A stretch of DNA of 56,182 nt, taken from a virus (lineage: Duplodnaviria; Caudoviricetes). Location: positions 1-56,182 of the IMG/VR virus record IMGVR_UViG_3300024265_000058, one strand, 5' to 3'. Below are positions 35,383 to 46,003 of the stretch, piece by piece (positions within the stretch are counted from its first letter, which is position 1; the number at the start of each line of letters is the position of its first letter). The notes beneath the pieces were generated by a model. That model saw only the letters and a list, made by a program, of their open reading frames with translations, had not been told where the DNA came from and searched no databases. The position numbers and the translations under genes were made by a program.

Positions 35383-35775
35383 ATGGCAGTGACCGATACA
35401 GTCGTCTGGGTCTTTTCGCCTGACCTTGGTGAAACCAATGAGTTTGCCGATGTCGCGCATACCGATGTCGATGGCCTGAGCAGTAGCCACGCGGCCGACA
35501 AGCAATTTGCGCCACTGCTCGGCACCCCGGCCGAATACCGCAAGGCCTCAAAGCAATACTGGAAGCTGACGCAGGTGCAGGCCGACGAGCTGCAGTTCCT
35601 TCCTGCCGACCAGATCGCCGTGGTGCCTGACTGGCAGCATGTTGCGGCGCTTATTGTCATTGGCGTCCGTAATGATTTTGTAGGCCCAGTAAACGAGCTG
35701 AATCTACCGCAGCTCGCTCAGGATCGGCTGGTCCTGCTCAGGGCCGGCAATCCGACCCTCGGGACGCCGCTCTAA
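35383..35775 (+). CDS. Hypothetical protein
   Basis: SD GAGG; TAATG coupling to the next gene. Confidence 0.65.
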   Translation: MAVTDTVVWVFSPDLGETNEFADVAHTDVDGLSSSHAADKQFAPLLGTPAEYRKASKQYWKLTQVQADELQFLPADQIAVVPDWQHVAALIVIGVRNDFVGPVNELNLPQLAQDRLVLLRAGNPTLGTPL

Positions 35776-36854
35776 TGCCGCTGGTCTTTGAAAGCATCAC
35801 CGCCAAGCTCGAGGCTGGCGCGGTCGATACCACCGATGTCACCGGCATTCCGGCCGGCGTCAATATATTCCATCTGGTCGCCATCGCCATCTACACATCG
35901 AACGGCACTCCCGGCACCAGCGATGTCGATACGCTCAGCGGCGGTGGCCTCACCTGGGCGCGTGTTGCCGGCACAACCGCCTGTAATGGCCGCATCAGTC
36001 AGGGCCGTGGCGAGCTGTGGTGGGCCTTCGGCTCGCCCGCGGCCTTTACCCTGACGGTCGATCTGACCGATGTGGTCAGGGATGCTGCCGGCCTGCATGT
36101 CACCGTCAGCCGCATCTCAGGCGCCGGGGATGTGGCGCCGATCAATGCCGATTATTCAAACCTGAACGCCGATAGCGGCGGGCCCTCCTGCACAGGTGGC
36201 TCCGACAATGACCTGCCGACGCTGGATATGACGGTCACAGATTCCGATTCGATGGTCCTGAATATGCTCTGGCCGCGCAACGAGACAGTGGACACGTTCG
36301 ATGCCGACTACACCGAGGAATACTTTGTCGAGCATACCGATGGCGGTGATTCGACCACAATGGGCATCTACACGCGCATTGGCGGCGGTGGACCGACTGA
36401 CGAAATCCAGCACTTACTCGATTCGGATAAGCCGTGGTACATGATCGGCTGCGAGATTCAGATAGGCGGCGTCACTCACACCGCCAGCGGCGCACCGTCA
36501 ATCACCGAGCCGACTGCGACCGGCGTGGCTCGGCGCATCGTCACCGCGACCGGCACCCCGGCGATCACCAAGCCCACTGCAACCGGCTCAGCGCTCCGCA
36601 AGGTCACGGCGACCGGCACACCTGAGATCACCAAGCCGGTATCGAATGGCACAGCTCGGCGCATCGTTAAGGCCAGTGGCTCACCGTCTATCAAGAAACC
36701 GACTTCTCAAGGGCAGGTCGGCTACATCGAGGCTGGCCGGGACCTGCAAAAGTACGGCGATGAGCAGTACCGCCTGCGCATGGAGCAGGAGGAGGCCGAG
36801 ATACTTGCTATAGTCATCGCCGCCACCACTGCCATCATCGAAGATCAGGACTGA
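35775..36854 (+). CDS. Putative virion surface protein with four ~21-aa Thr-rich repeats
   Basis: Beta-rich N-domain; repeats TASGAPSITEPTATG-like at 36480-36720. Confidence 0.7.
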   Translation: MPLVFESITAKLEAGAVDTTDVTGIPAGVNIFHLVAIAIYTSNGTPGTSDVDTLSGGGLTWARVAGTTACNGRISQGRGELWWAFGSPAAFTLTVDLTDVVRDAAGLHVTVSRISGAGDVAPINADYSNLNADSGGPSCTGGSDNDLPTLDMTVTDSDSMVLNMLWPRNETVDTFDADYTEEYFVEHTDGGDSTTMGIYTRIGGGGPTDEIQHLLDSDKPWYMIGCEIQIGGVTHTASGAPSITEPTATGVARRIVTATGTPAITKPTATGSALRKVTATGTPEITKPVSNGTARRIVKASGSPSIKKPTSQGQVGYIEAGRDLQKYGDEQYRLRMEQEEAEILAIVIAATTAIIEDQD

Positions 36855-36855
36855 C

Positions 36856-39800
36856 ATGGCGCTCAAGGACTGTTTCAAACAGCTAGGGAAAGCGATCAGC
36901 TCGGAGGACCGGGCTCAGATCGAGTCCGATGTGGCTGCTGGCATGTCCGAGCATGATGCGGTTATAGCGTCCCTTCGCGATTCCAGTCAGGATTTAATCG
37001 CCATCGTTGAGCGAATCGAGGAGGCCGGCGGCAATGTGCAGCGGCGCCCGAATCCTCTTGTGGATGCCCGCGAAATCCAGATGCGCAACCTCGACAAGCT
37101 GCAAAAAGAGCGCGCCACGGTACAGGAGAAAATGGCGAAAACCCTCGAGACTCTGCAGGAGATCGAGGCCATCGAGAATTTTGTCGCCAACTACCCGGAT
37201 CGCCGCGGTTTCTTTGTTGCCGAGCAGATCGATCTGGCCAATGACCAGCACTTGACCGCCATACTCAGCGCGATGCTGTTCGATCCAAACCAGCGTGAAA
37301 TCCTTGCGGCCGGCAGACTGGGGCTCAAGGGCGATACACCGGTCGCACTGGTCGGCAGTTTCCGGGCGATGCAGGACAAGGCATTCGGACAGCATGCCAA
37401 GCTGCGCGCCTATCAGGAACAGAATGCCAGCATCGATGACCGAATTAAAACGGTGTTCCACGGGGAACGCCGCAACCCGGTGCTCGATCAGCGTGGTGAC
37501 TACATCATCATGGAGCCGATCAAGCCGGCTGGCCCGGACCAGGGCGACCTGTTTTCCGATGCTGATGTACCCCAGTCACAGAAGGCCGTCGAGGCCAAGG
37601 CCAATTACAAGATACGGGTCAGGAATGAGGAGACTGGCACCCTGCCCACCGGGCTCGATATCGTTAAGAGCGCCGAGGACGCCGCGCACGTTATGGCGCC
37701 GATACGGCGCAATGCTCAGGAGGGCATGTGGGCACTGGTGCTGGATGAGAATGACCAAGTTATCAGCGCGATCATTCACACCAAGGGCACCTATGACGGC
37801 ACCAGCGTTTTTCCGAGTGTAATGGCCGGGGCGATCCTGACCACACCGGGCGCGAAAAAGGTCTGGTTTGCCCACAATCATCCGTCAGGCGTATCAGCGC
37901 CGTCGCAAGCCGACGAGCGCATCACCAAGAAGCTGGTTGCCACGCTCACGGATACTGATATCGAGATCGCCGGCCATGTGGTGATCGGTGCCGGCGGTCA
38001 GGGTTTCAGTGAGCTCGGCAATAACGGTCTGCCAGTAGGGCAGGTAGCAAGGCCGATCAGGGCGCTGCCACGGCGCAAGCAGGTATCGATCACCGAGCGC
38101 CGCCTGCGAGCCAATGTCAATGACGTTGAGGCCCTGACCAGTCCATCAGCTACCGAGCGACTGCTCAATGAGATGGACCCGCCCGAGGGCATCATGATCC
38201 TGAACAATCGCCACAAGCCCTTGGGCTATCTGGCGATGTCACCGGATGAGATGCGATCACTCAGGACCACCGGGGGCCACCGGCGGCTACTGCAGGCATT
38301 CAGCGAGCTCGGTGGTGCGGCAGGCTTTATCATCACCAAGGCCGACGATCCGGCGATCACCGAGAATCTGGGCCACTGGGCTGGCAGTAACGATTTCAGG
38401 ATGCTCGATCATTTTTACACCGATGCTGCCGGCAACCTGAAAAGCAAGTCATCTCAGGGCGCGGGCCCGCCGGGGCGTGAGGGCACCTACTACCAGTCGC
38501 AAGAGCCCCGGCTGCAGGCGATTCATAACCTGACTTCCGAGAATCTCGAGTTCTCCGACAATCTCGGTGGCCTTGCTGTGCCATCGATTGCGATTGCGCC
38601 CGAGGGCAAAGACCTGCAGGGCTTTGGTGAGATCACCCTGATCGGTACTCGCGAGCTCGGTGATCCGCAGCAGGTCCCACTATTCGATGCCGACGCCTAC
38701 GCCATCAGGTTCCCGAAAGCGCAGTACAAGGAGGCCAAGCACGACACCGTGCAGGAGCTCCTCGATGAGGTCGAGGAGTGGGCCATGCGCATCGCCGGCT
38801 CGAAATACAGCGGCCTGCCTGATTACCTGTGGGAGTACATGCGCCGGCACCCGGACCCTGACCGCCTGATCCAGCACATGCTGACCGACAACACCGCGAA
38901 AGCGTGGTTTCTGGCTGAGCGGCATGGCGAGAAACCCGAGCCCACGCTCGATGATGTAATGCCGCGTTATACGTGGGGGTGGCACGATGCCATTGTCAAT
39001 TTTTTCGAGGGCGACCTGAGCGCCGAGGAGCTCACCTGGGAGCACTCGCGGCGCATTGCCCACATGAAAAAAGCTGGCCGGGTCGTCACCAAGGCCATAC
39101 GTGAGCATTTCATCAAGAAAATCGGCGGGCGGCCGACGACCGAGGGGCAGGTTATACGCGCCGAAAAAGTGTATGCGCTGTCCCAAGAGTTCATAAATCG
39201 CGCCGGCATCTTTAACGAGGATGGCAGCCTGACCATTCAGGCCTACGACCGCCTGAAAGCCGATGTGGCGCGCAAGGGCAGCCAGAACATCAATGACGTT
39301 GATACGCAGACCTATCTGGATTCCCGGATCGAAAGGCTCGGCGCCACGAATCAGTTCAAGGTCTGGGCGCAGCAGAAGGTACTGGGCCGCATGGGCGAGC
39401 CGCGTATCAAGATCGGCAACCGGTGGCAGCCTTACACGCTGGCCAATGTGGTGCGCAAAATGAAGCGCAAGCTCAGGGGCACCGAGACGTTCTTTCCGAG
39501 CGAGGGGCTGATTAGGGCCAAGGCCGCCGCCAGAATCAAAACCATGCCCGAAGCACGGCAGCGGGCGATTGAGCAGATCGGCACACCCGAGCAGGTCGAT
39601 GCAGCTCGGCAGGAAGCGCAGCGCATGGTTTTCGACTGGACGACGCAGATGGCGCCATTCTGGCGATACCCTACGTCCAGCACTGATGTATTCGACCGGT
39701 CCCTCGATGCAGCGCGTGAAGCGATTGCCTACACCGCACAAGCCATGCACCGCATGAATGCTGAGAAGGCCCTCGAGGTCGGCTTAAAGCGCGCCGGGTT

Positions 39801-42800
39801 CGATGGTCCGTTTCCTGACTGGCTGATCTCCGAGGGCCTCGATGCGATTGCCGCGTTCATGCAGGCGCCAGTACCGTATTTCGAGGCCAAGCCGCAGCGG
39901 GCGGTGATGCTGGATGAGTTTGCAGGAGCGGTGATCCCGGTGGACGCCAGCCCTGCCACGCGGGCGATCCTCGCCAAGCACGGCATTCCGTTCAAGGAAT
40001 ATCAGGGTGGCCGCGAGGGCCCACAGAATCGCACCGCCGCCGTGGATGCGCTGCAGCAGCAGCTCAGTGATGCCGGCGAGCGCACCCTGTTCCAGTCCGA
40101 GATCGGGTTCACATCCGGGCTCGAGAATGCGGCCCGTGCCATGCCTCGCGAGAAGGGCAACGCCGCCGACATGATCGGTACGCTCAAGAAAATGCCGGGG
40201 GTCACTAAGGCCGAGCTCGAGGCGCTCGATGTGGAGGCCTGGATGAATGCCAAGGGCACCGTGACCAAGGACGAGCTGACCGCCTACATCATGGCCAATG
40301 GCATCGAAGTGATCGAGACACAGCTCGGCGGTGAGCACATTCCGACACCTGAGCTGACCGCAGAACCAAACAGCGATTTCGAGACTTACGAGAAGTACGG
40401 CATGGAGGATATCTGGAATGACGAGTATCTCTACAGCCGCACATCCATCTGGGATGTAACTGATTTTTATTCAGATTTCACATTCCAGATGATCGAGGAT
40501 CGCGATGCCGGCAATATCTCGGTGACGCCTGATGACGGCCAGACATGGCTCGATATCGATGCGCCGATCAATGAGCAGACACAGGCGCATGGCGAGGATG
40601 CCATCGAAAAATACATCCTCGAGAATGCCCCTGAGCAGAAGTTTGACCGGATTGCCGAGAACGTAGGCCAGCAGATTCCCGGCGGCACCAATTTCCGTGA
40701 GATCGTCCTGCACATGCCACCGGTGCCGCAGGAGGGCAGGCCATTTCAGTGGAATGATTTTGAGGGCGGCCACCACGATGAGAACAACATCATCGCGTTT
40801 TTCTTGGCGACTGATCGTGAGGGCCCGAATGGTGAGCGCATCCTGTTCCTCGAGGAGGTCCAGTCCGACTGGCACCAGCGCGGCAAGCGCTTTGGCTATC
40901 GCAGGGACCTCCTGACAATCCCTGACTACAGGATCATGGAGACTGAGAATCAATGGGTGGCTGTCGATGCCGAGACAGGGAGCCCGATCTCATACGGCAC
41001 CCTGGACAGCGGGCAGCCGCGATATATCTCGGTCGGCAAGGGTGTGGTCGGTCATGGCGAGATGGACAACGTCTCGGCCGAGGATGTTTTACGCGCTCAG
41101 GCGGCGGCAAGGGCCTACATCTCGAATCACCTGAACACCCTGCGCAGCGAAAGGGCTCGCGCTGACGTTGACAAAGTCCCGAAAGGTCCATTCAGCGGCA
41201 ATGCGTGGGTCACACTGGCCATGAAACGTGCCATCAGGCTGGCGGCCGAGCAGGGCTACGACCAGCTCGCATGGTCAACCGGTGCGATCATCAACAACCG
41301 CGGCGGCTTTGCCACCGAGATTGACGAGGTCAGTATCGATCCGCGCAGGGCTCAGGTGTCGGCCTACGACAAAGAGGGCATCCTGATCGAGACTGACACC
41401 TACAACGATTCCGACCTGATTGAATACATTGGGCAGGAGAATTTCGACAAGCTGCAGACGCAGATTCAGGAGCATGCCAATCGTTACGACATCCTTGGCG
41501 GGGTCGAGGCTGACCTTGGCAATGAGAGCCCGACCATGATCTCGTATGCGGAGCAGCCGCTCGATAGTCAGCTCACCAGACTCATCATCAGCGATGGGCC
41601 GACTGCAGCCGCGGAGTTCCTGAAAAACGAGGCCGAGGCCGGCGATCTGTTTATGGCTGTCGATGAAAATGGTGAGCTCTATCGCGACCGCCTGAGCGGC
41701 GATATCCTCGTCTCCAAAACTCGAGCTTTTCTGAGCGAGTACATCGAAAATGAGATGTACGACGATGCAAACAACCACCCTCGCCTGACTAACATGGGCT
41801 ATACGTTCATGAGCAAGCGCGGCAGGGCGATGCTCCAGCACTACGACAAGGCAATGGTCAACCTGACCAACAAGGCGGTGCGCAAGCTCGATCCCAAGGC
41901 CAAGGTTAATAGGTTCGGGCAGCAGCTCGAGGACCCTGACAAGGCCATTAAAATAGCGAGTCTGCAAACTCAATACCTGAGCGCCAGCAATCAGGCCACT
42001 GCACTTGCCCGTGGCGGCCGGCATTCAGAATCGATGCGCCAGCGTAACCGGGCCTATGAGCTGGAGCGTCAGATACGTGAGGCCGATGCCCAGACTGGCG
42101 GCGGCCCTGCGATCCACGTACTCGATATCACCGAGCCGGTGCGCGAGGCAGCGATGCTCGGGCAAACGCTATTTCAGGATACGCACCGTGGCTCGATCAC
42201 TTTCGATCTCGAGAATCGTGCCGTCATCCGGCTCGGTCAGGCATCGAACCTGTCCACGTTCCTGCATGAGTCAGGCCACCTGTATCTCGAGATCATGGGC
42301 GACCTGGCTGAGCAGGCAGTCGGCCCGCGGCAGGTTATTGGCGACTATCAGAAAATCCTCGAATACCTTGGCGTCAACAGTCGCCGGGAGATCACCCGCG
42401 AGCACCATGAAAAGTGGGCCAAGGCATTCGAGGTTTATCTCAAAGAGGGCAAGGCGCCCAGTCAGGATATGCAGGGCATATTCGCAGCATTCAGCCAGTG
42501 GCTCACCAAGGTCTACGAGCGACTGCAGACCCTTGCCGGCGTCGAGCTCACTGACGATATCCGTGGCGTCATGGACCGCATGCTGGCGACTGATCTGGCG
42601 ATCACTAATGCTGAGCAGACGCAGGAATTCCGGCCGATGTACTCGACTGCCGAAGCGATGGGCGTCAGTCAGGAGCGCTTTGAGGTCTACAAGGATCTAA
42701 TTACCCGAGCACATCAGGATGCGTTCGACAAGGAGGCCCGCAAGATGCTGGCCTATCTCGAGCGCGAGGCCAAGGTGGTGTGGCAGACCGAGCGCAAGAA

Positions 42801-45800
42801 GGTGCTGGCCGAGGTCCAAGCAGAGATATGGGCTCAGCCGGTGTACCGGGCGCTGGCCATGTTCCAGCGTGGTGAGAATCCTGATGGCACCACACCTGAG
42901 CGCGCCATCTTCAAGCTCGACCGCGATGACCTGATCGCCCGTTACGGCAAGGATTTCATCAAGGGCCTGCCCAAGCCGTGGGTCTACACGATCAAGCACG
43001 GCGTCGGTGTCAATGCCGATGTGGCCGCAACCATCTTTGGATTCTCCAGCGCTGACGAGATGATTCAGGAGATGATGCGCGCCGGCAGGATGGATGCCGT
43101 GATCGAGGCCGAGACTGATACTCGCATGCGCCAGCGATTCCCTGATCCGCTGGTCGATGGCACCCTGGCCGCCGATGCGGTGACTTCCGTGCATAACGAG
43201 AAACGCGCTCAGTTGCTCGCTGCCGAGCTCCGGGCCCTCAGAGTGCAGATGCGCAAGGACCGCAAGATCGTCTCAGCAACCGAGCGTGAGTCAGCCAGAA
43301 CGGATCGTGAAGCAAGGGCGGCGAATGCAGGCATGCTGCCCAGTCGTGGCGAGCTCGCGATCATCAAGAAGCTGGTCAGTGACACCATCGATGCCATGCG
43401 CATCCGGGATGTGAACCCGAATAAGTACCGGGTCGCTGAGCAGAAGGCAGGCCGCAAAGCCTTTGAGGCCAATGGCAAGGGTGACTATGAAACGGCCTAC
43501 GCCGAGAAGCTCAAGCAGATTCGCAATCATGAGCTGTTCCGTGCTGCCGTCCGGGCCAAGGAGGAAGCCGGCAGAACGCAGAAATACCTCAAGAAATTCG
43601 AGTCAAAGACGGTGCAGCGCCGGCTTGGCAAGTCCGGGATGCTGGATCAGATACTTGCGGTCATCGAGGGCATGGATTTCCGCACCGTGTCACTGGCTCA
43701 GGTAGATCGCGATGCCGCTATGGCAGAGATGCTGCAGGCTGTTGAGGATGGTCGGCTGGTCGTGCCGCCTGCCACCCTGAACAAACTGCGCAACATGGGC
43801 ACCAACTGGAAAGATTTTACGGTTGATGAGTTCCGTGACATACGCAACATCGTGCGCCAGCTCGAGCATCAGGCCAAGCGAATGGCCGAGGGCGTGGTCA
43901 ACGGCGAGAAGGTACTGCTGCAGGACGCGGTCAATGACGTAGCCGATAGCATCCTCGAGAATAATAAATTCATCCCGGCCGGCATCAGCGAGCCGACACT
44001 GGGCGAGAAGGGCAAGCGATCACTCAAGCAGGGTGTTGCGTCCTGGCTGCGTCCGGGCGCGATTGCACGGGTGCTCGATCAGTCAGGATTCGGTGCGCTC
44101 ACGCGCCGCATCATCGTGCCGATCCGCAAGGCCTACTCTGAAAAACTGATTCCGGGCCTCAAGAAGGCTCAAAAGGATGTCTCGGAGATTTACCTCAAGC
44201 ACTACACCAAGGCCGAGCTCGGCAACATGCACAAAAAAGTATGGGTGGAGGCGATGGGCGAGAGCCTGTCCCTTGCCGACATGCTTTCAATCGCACTGAA
44301 CTGGGGCAATGCCGGCAACCGCTCCGCAATGCTCGGAGGCATCAAGCGTGACGGCTCGCCGGCCTATACCGAGCAGGGCATACAGGCGGTGCTGTCAATG
44401 CTGGATGCCAAGGATGTGGGATTCATCAATGATGTCTGGGCATACCTCGATTCCTACTGGCCAGCGCTGAGTGAGGCTGAGCAACGGCGCCGCGGCATCG
44501 CGCCGCAGAAAGTGGAAGCCTTGCCGTTCACATTCAGGGGTAAAAATAATCAGGAGCTCACGGCCAAGGGCGGCTATTACCCACTGAAATATGACCGCCG
44601 GCACTCCGAGCGCATCAAGGATGTCGAGCTCGAGGATTTATACAAGAAAATGGGCAACGGTGTATTCATCACTGCCCAGACCCGAGCCGGATCGACATTC
44701 GAGCGGGTGCAGAATCACGGCATGGTGGTGAAGCTAGGCCTGCACACCATCGACCTGCACCTGCGCGAGATCGTGCGGGACATTGCCATTGGCGATGAGG
44801 TCAATTTCATCAAGCGCCTGCTCAACGATAAGCAGGTCCGGGCGGCCTTCAATAACACCGGCAACGACACCTCGCTCGAGGCGCTCAACCTGTGGCTGAC
44901 TGATGCGGCCGTTGGTGAGCTGCCAGCCGAGGGCATTGCCGAGCAGAGCGTGGCATGGATTCGCACCGGGTTCGTCAAGGCCAAGCTCGGCTGGAATCTG
45001 ATGACCACGCTGCTGCAGTTCACGGGCATATTCCAGACCATTGCTGTGATTGGGACTCAGGCCTACGCTCGGGGCTTCGGCAAGTTCATGCAGAATCCTC
45101 GAGCGATGTATCGGTTCGTCATGGAGCAGTCGTCCTTTATGCATGCTCGCTATGTCGATTCGACCGCATTCGACAAGGACGTACTGGACACACAGGCGCA
45201 CCTGAATTCCGTATTCGGTGCTGCTCCGACCCGCTTCAAAACATGGTCGCTGGCAGCCTCGGCTACGTTTTTCTATCCGATTGCCAAGGCCCAGTCGATA
45301 GTCGATGTGTCAACCTGGCTCGGCGCCTACTGGAAAGGCCGCAACGTCAAGAACCTGAATGATGCTGACGCGATTATCTATGCCGATGTGCAGGTCGAGA
45401 ATGCACAAACGTCAGGTTTCTACTCGGATCGATCCGGGCTGGAGCGTGGCACTACCGGCACCAAGAAAAACCGGCAGTCTCAGTTCATACGCATCTGGAC
45501 TACCCTGATCTCCTACATGCTGGCCAAGAGCAACATTGCCTACGAGAAGGGCGTTTCATTGAAGCGCAAGCCAAGCCTCAAGGCGGCGGTGTACTTCGCG
45601 ACTGACCTGATGCTGCTCTACACGATGGAGGGCATTGCCGCTGCGATCATCTACAACCAGCTCCCGGATGAGGATGACGATGAATCGTGGGGTTGGTGGG
45701 TAGCCAAGGCGACGGTTGACTCCGCGGTGTCAGGCATCCCGTTCGTGCGCGAGATACCGGCGGCCCGGTTCGGCGGCGGCAACACGGCAATCGGATCACT

Positions 45801-45993
45801 GGGCGATGATATCTATTCGCTCGGGCAGCAGATCAATCAGGGCGAGATCGATGAGGCCCTGCTCAAAACTCTCAACAATGTTGGGGGTACACTATTTCAC
45901 TATCCGAGCAGCCAGACGAATCGGTTGCTGGATGCCTACTGGGCCGAGGGCGATGCAGAGTTTTACGAGTGGCTCACTGGCGTAAGGGACTAA
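36856..45993 (+). CDS. 3045-aa polyvalent ejection protein: JAB/RadC-like domain, unassigned modules, zincin-like peptidase and gp16-like C-terminus
   Basis: AHNHPSG..PS.AD (JAB); YFEAKPQRAV module; EEVQSDWHQ module; STFLHESGH...HEKWA..FE.Y...GKAPS; GGYYPLKYD. Confidence 0.85.
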   Translation: MALKDCFKQLGKAISSEDRAQIESDVAAGMSEHDAVIASLRDSSQDLIAIVERIEEAGGNVQRRPNPLVDAREIQMRNLDKLQKERATVQEKMAKTLETLQEIEAIENFVANYPDRRGFFVAEQIDLANDQHLTAILSAMLFDPNQREILAAGRLGLKGDTPVALVGSFRAMQDKAFGQHAKLRAYQEQNASIDDRIKTVFHGERRNPVLDQRGDYIIMEPIKPAGPDQGDLFSDADVPQSQKAVEAKANYKIRVRNEETGTLPTGLDIVKSAEDAAHVMAPIRRNAQEGMWALVLDENDQVISAIIHTKGTYDGTSVFPSVMAGAILTTPGAKKVWFAHNHPSGVSAPSQADERITKKLVATLTDTDIEIAGHVVIGAGGQGFSELGNNGLPVGQVARPIRALPRRKQVSITERRLRANVNDVEALTSPSATERLLNEMDPPEGIMILNNRHKPLGYLAMSPDEMRSLRTTGGHRRLLQAFSELGGAAGFIITKADDPAITENLGHWAGSNDFRMLDHFYTDAAGNLKSKSSQGAGPPGREGTYYQSQEPRLQAIHNLTSENLEFSDNLGGLAVPSIAIAPEGKDLQGFGEITLIGTRELGDPQQVPLFDADAYAIRFPKAQYKEAKHDTVQELLDEVEEWAMRIAGSKYSGLPDYLWEYMRRHPDPDRLIQHMLTDNTAKAWFLAERHGEKPEPTLDDVMPRYTWGWHDAIVNFFEGDLSAEELTWEHSRRIAHMKKAGRVVTKAIREHFIKKIGGRPTTEGQVIRAEKVYALSQEFINRAGIFNEDGSLTIQAYDRLKADVARKGSQNINDVDTQTYLDSRIERLGATNQFKVWAQQKVLGRMGEPRIKIGNRWQPYTLANVVRKMKRKLRGTETFFPSEGLIRAKAAARIKTMPEARQRAIEQIGTPEQVDAARQEAQRMVFDWTTQMAPFWRYPTSSTDVFDRSLDAAREAIAYTAQAMHRMNAEKALEVGLKRAGFDGPFPDWLISEGLDAIAAFMQAPVPYFEAKPQRAVMLDEFAGAVIPVDASPATRAILAKHGIPFKEYQGGREGPQNRTAAVDALQQQLSDAGERTLFQSEIGFTSGLENAARAMPREKGNAADMIGTLKKMPGVTKAELEALDVEAWMNAKGTVTKDELTAYIMANGIEVIETQLGGEHIPTPELTAEPNSDFETYEKYGMEDIWNDEYLYSRTSIWDVTDFYSDFTFQMIEDRDAGNISVTPDDGQTWLDIDAPINEQTQAHGEDAIEKYILENAPEQKFDRIAENVGQQIPGGTNFREIVLHMPPVPQEGRPFQWNDFEGGHHDENNIIAFFLATDREGPNGERILFLEEVQSDWHQRGKRFGYRRDLLTIPDYRIMETENQWVAVDAETGSPISYGTLDSGQPRYISVGKGVVGHGEMDNVSAEDVLRAQAAARAYISNHLNTLRSERARADVDKVPKGPFSGNAWVTLAMKRAIRLAAEQGYDQLAWSTGAIINNRGGFATEIDEVSIDPRRAQVSAYDKEGILIETDTYNDSDLIEYIGQENFDKLQTQIQEHANRYDILGGVEADLGNESPTMISYAEQPLDSQLTRLIISDGPTAAAEFLKNEAEAGDLFMAVDENGELYRDRLSGDILVSKTRAFLSEYIENEMYDDANNHPRLTNMGYTFMSKRGRAMLQHYDKAMVNLTNKAVRKLDPKAKVNRFGQQLEDPDKAIKIASLQTQYLSASNQATALARGGRHSESMRQRNRAYELERQIREADAQTGGGPAIHVLDITEPVREAAMLGQTLFQDTHRGSITFDLENRAVIRLGQASNLSTFLHESGHLYLEIMGDLAEQAVGPRQVIGDYQKILEYLGVNSRREITREHHEKWAKAFEVYLKEGKAPSQDMQGIFAAFSQWLTKVYERLQTLAGVELTDDIRGVMDRMLATDLAITNAEQTQEFRPMYSTAEAMGVSQERFEVYKDLITRAHQDAFDKEARKMLAYLEREAKVVWQTERKKVLAEVQAEIWAQPVYRALAMFQRGENPDGTTPERAIFKLDRDDLIARYGKDFIKGLPKPWVYTIKHGVGVNADVAATIFGFSSADEMIQEMMRAGRMDAVIEAETDTRMRQRFPDPLVDGTLAADAVTSVHNEKRAQLLAAELRALRVQMRKDRKIVSATERESARTDREARAANAGMLPSRGELAIIKKLVSDTIDAMRIRDVNPNKYRVAEQKAGRKAFEANGKGDYETAYAEKLKQIRNHELFRAAVRAKEEAGRTQKYLKKFESKTVQRRLGKSGMLDQILAVIEGMDFRTVSLAQVDRDAAMAEMLQAVEDGRLVVPPATLNKLRNMGTNWKDFTVDEFRDIRNIVRQLEHQAKRMAEGVVNGEKVLLQDAVNDVADSILENNKFIPAGISEPTLGEKGKRSLKQGVASWLRPGAIARVLDQSGFGALTRRIIVPIRKAYSEKLIPGLKKAQKDVSEIYLKHYTKAELGNMHKKVWVEAMGESLSLADMLSIALNWGNAGNRSAMLGGIKRDGSPAYTEQGIQAVLSMLDAKDVGFINDVWAYLDSYWPALSEAEQRRRGIAPQKVEALPFTFRGKNNQELTAKGGYYPLKYDRRHSERIKDVELEDLYKKMGNGVFITAQTRAGSTFERVQNHGMVVKLGLHTIDLHLREIVRDIAIGDEVNFIKRLLNDKQVRAAFNNTGNDTSLEALNLWLTDAAVGELPAEGIAEQSVAWIRTGFVKAKLGWNLMTTLLQFTGIFQTIAVIGTQAYARGFGKFMQNPRAMYRFVMEQSSFMHARYVDSTAFDKDVLDTQAHLNSVFGAAPTRFKTWSLAASATFFYPIAKAQSIVDVSTWLGAYWKGRNVKNLNDADAIIYADVQVENAQTSGFYSDRSGLERGTTGTKKNRQSQFIRIWTTLISYMLAKSNIAYEKGVSLKRKPSLKAAVYFATDLMLLYTMEGIAAAIIYNQLPDEDDDESWGWWVAKATVDSAVSGIPFVREIPAARFGGGNTAIGSLGDDIYSLGQQINQGEIDEALLKTLNNVGGTLFHYPSSQTNRLLDAYWAEGDAEFYEWLTGVRD

Positions 45994-46003
45994 GGAGACG
46001 CGC

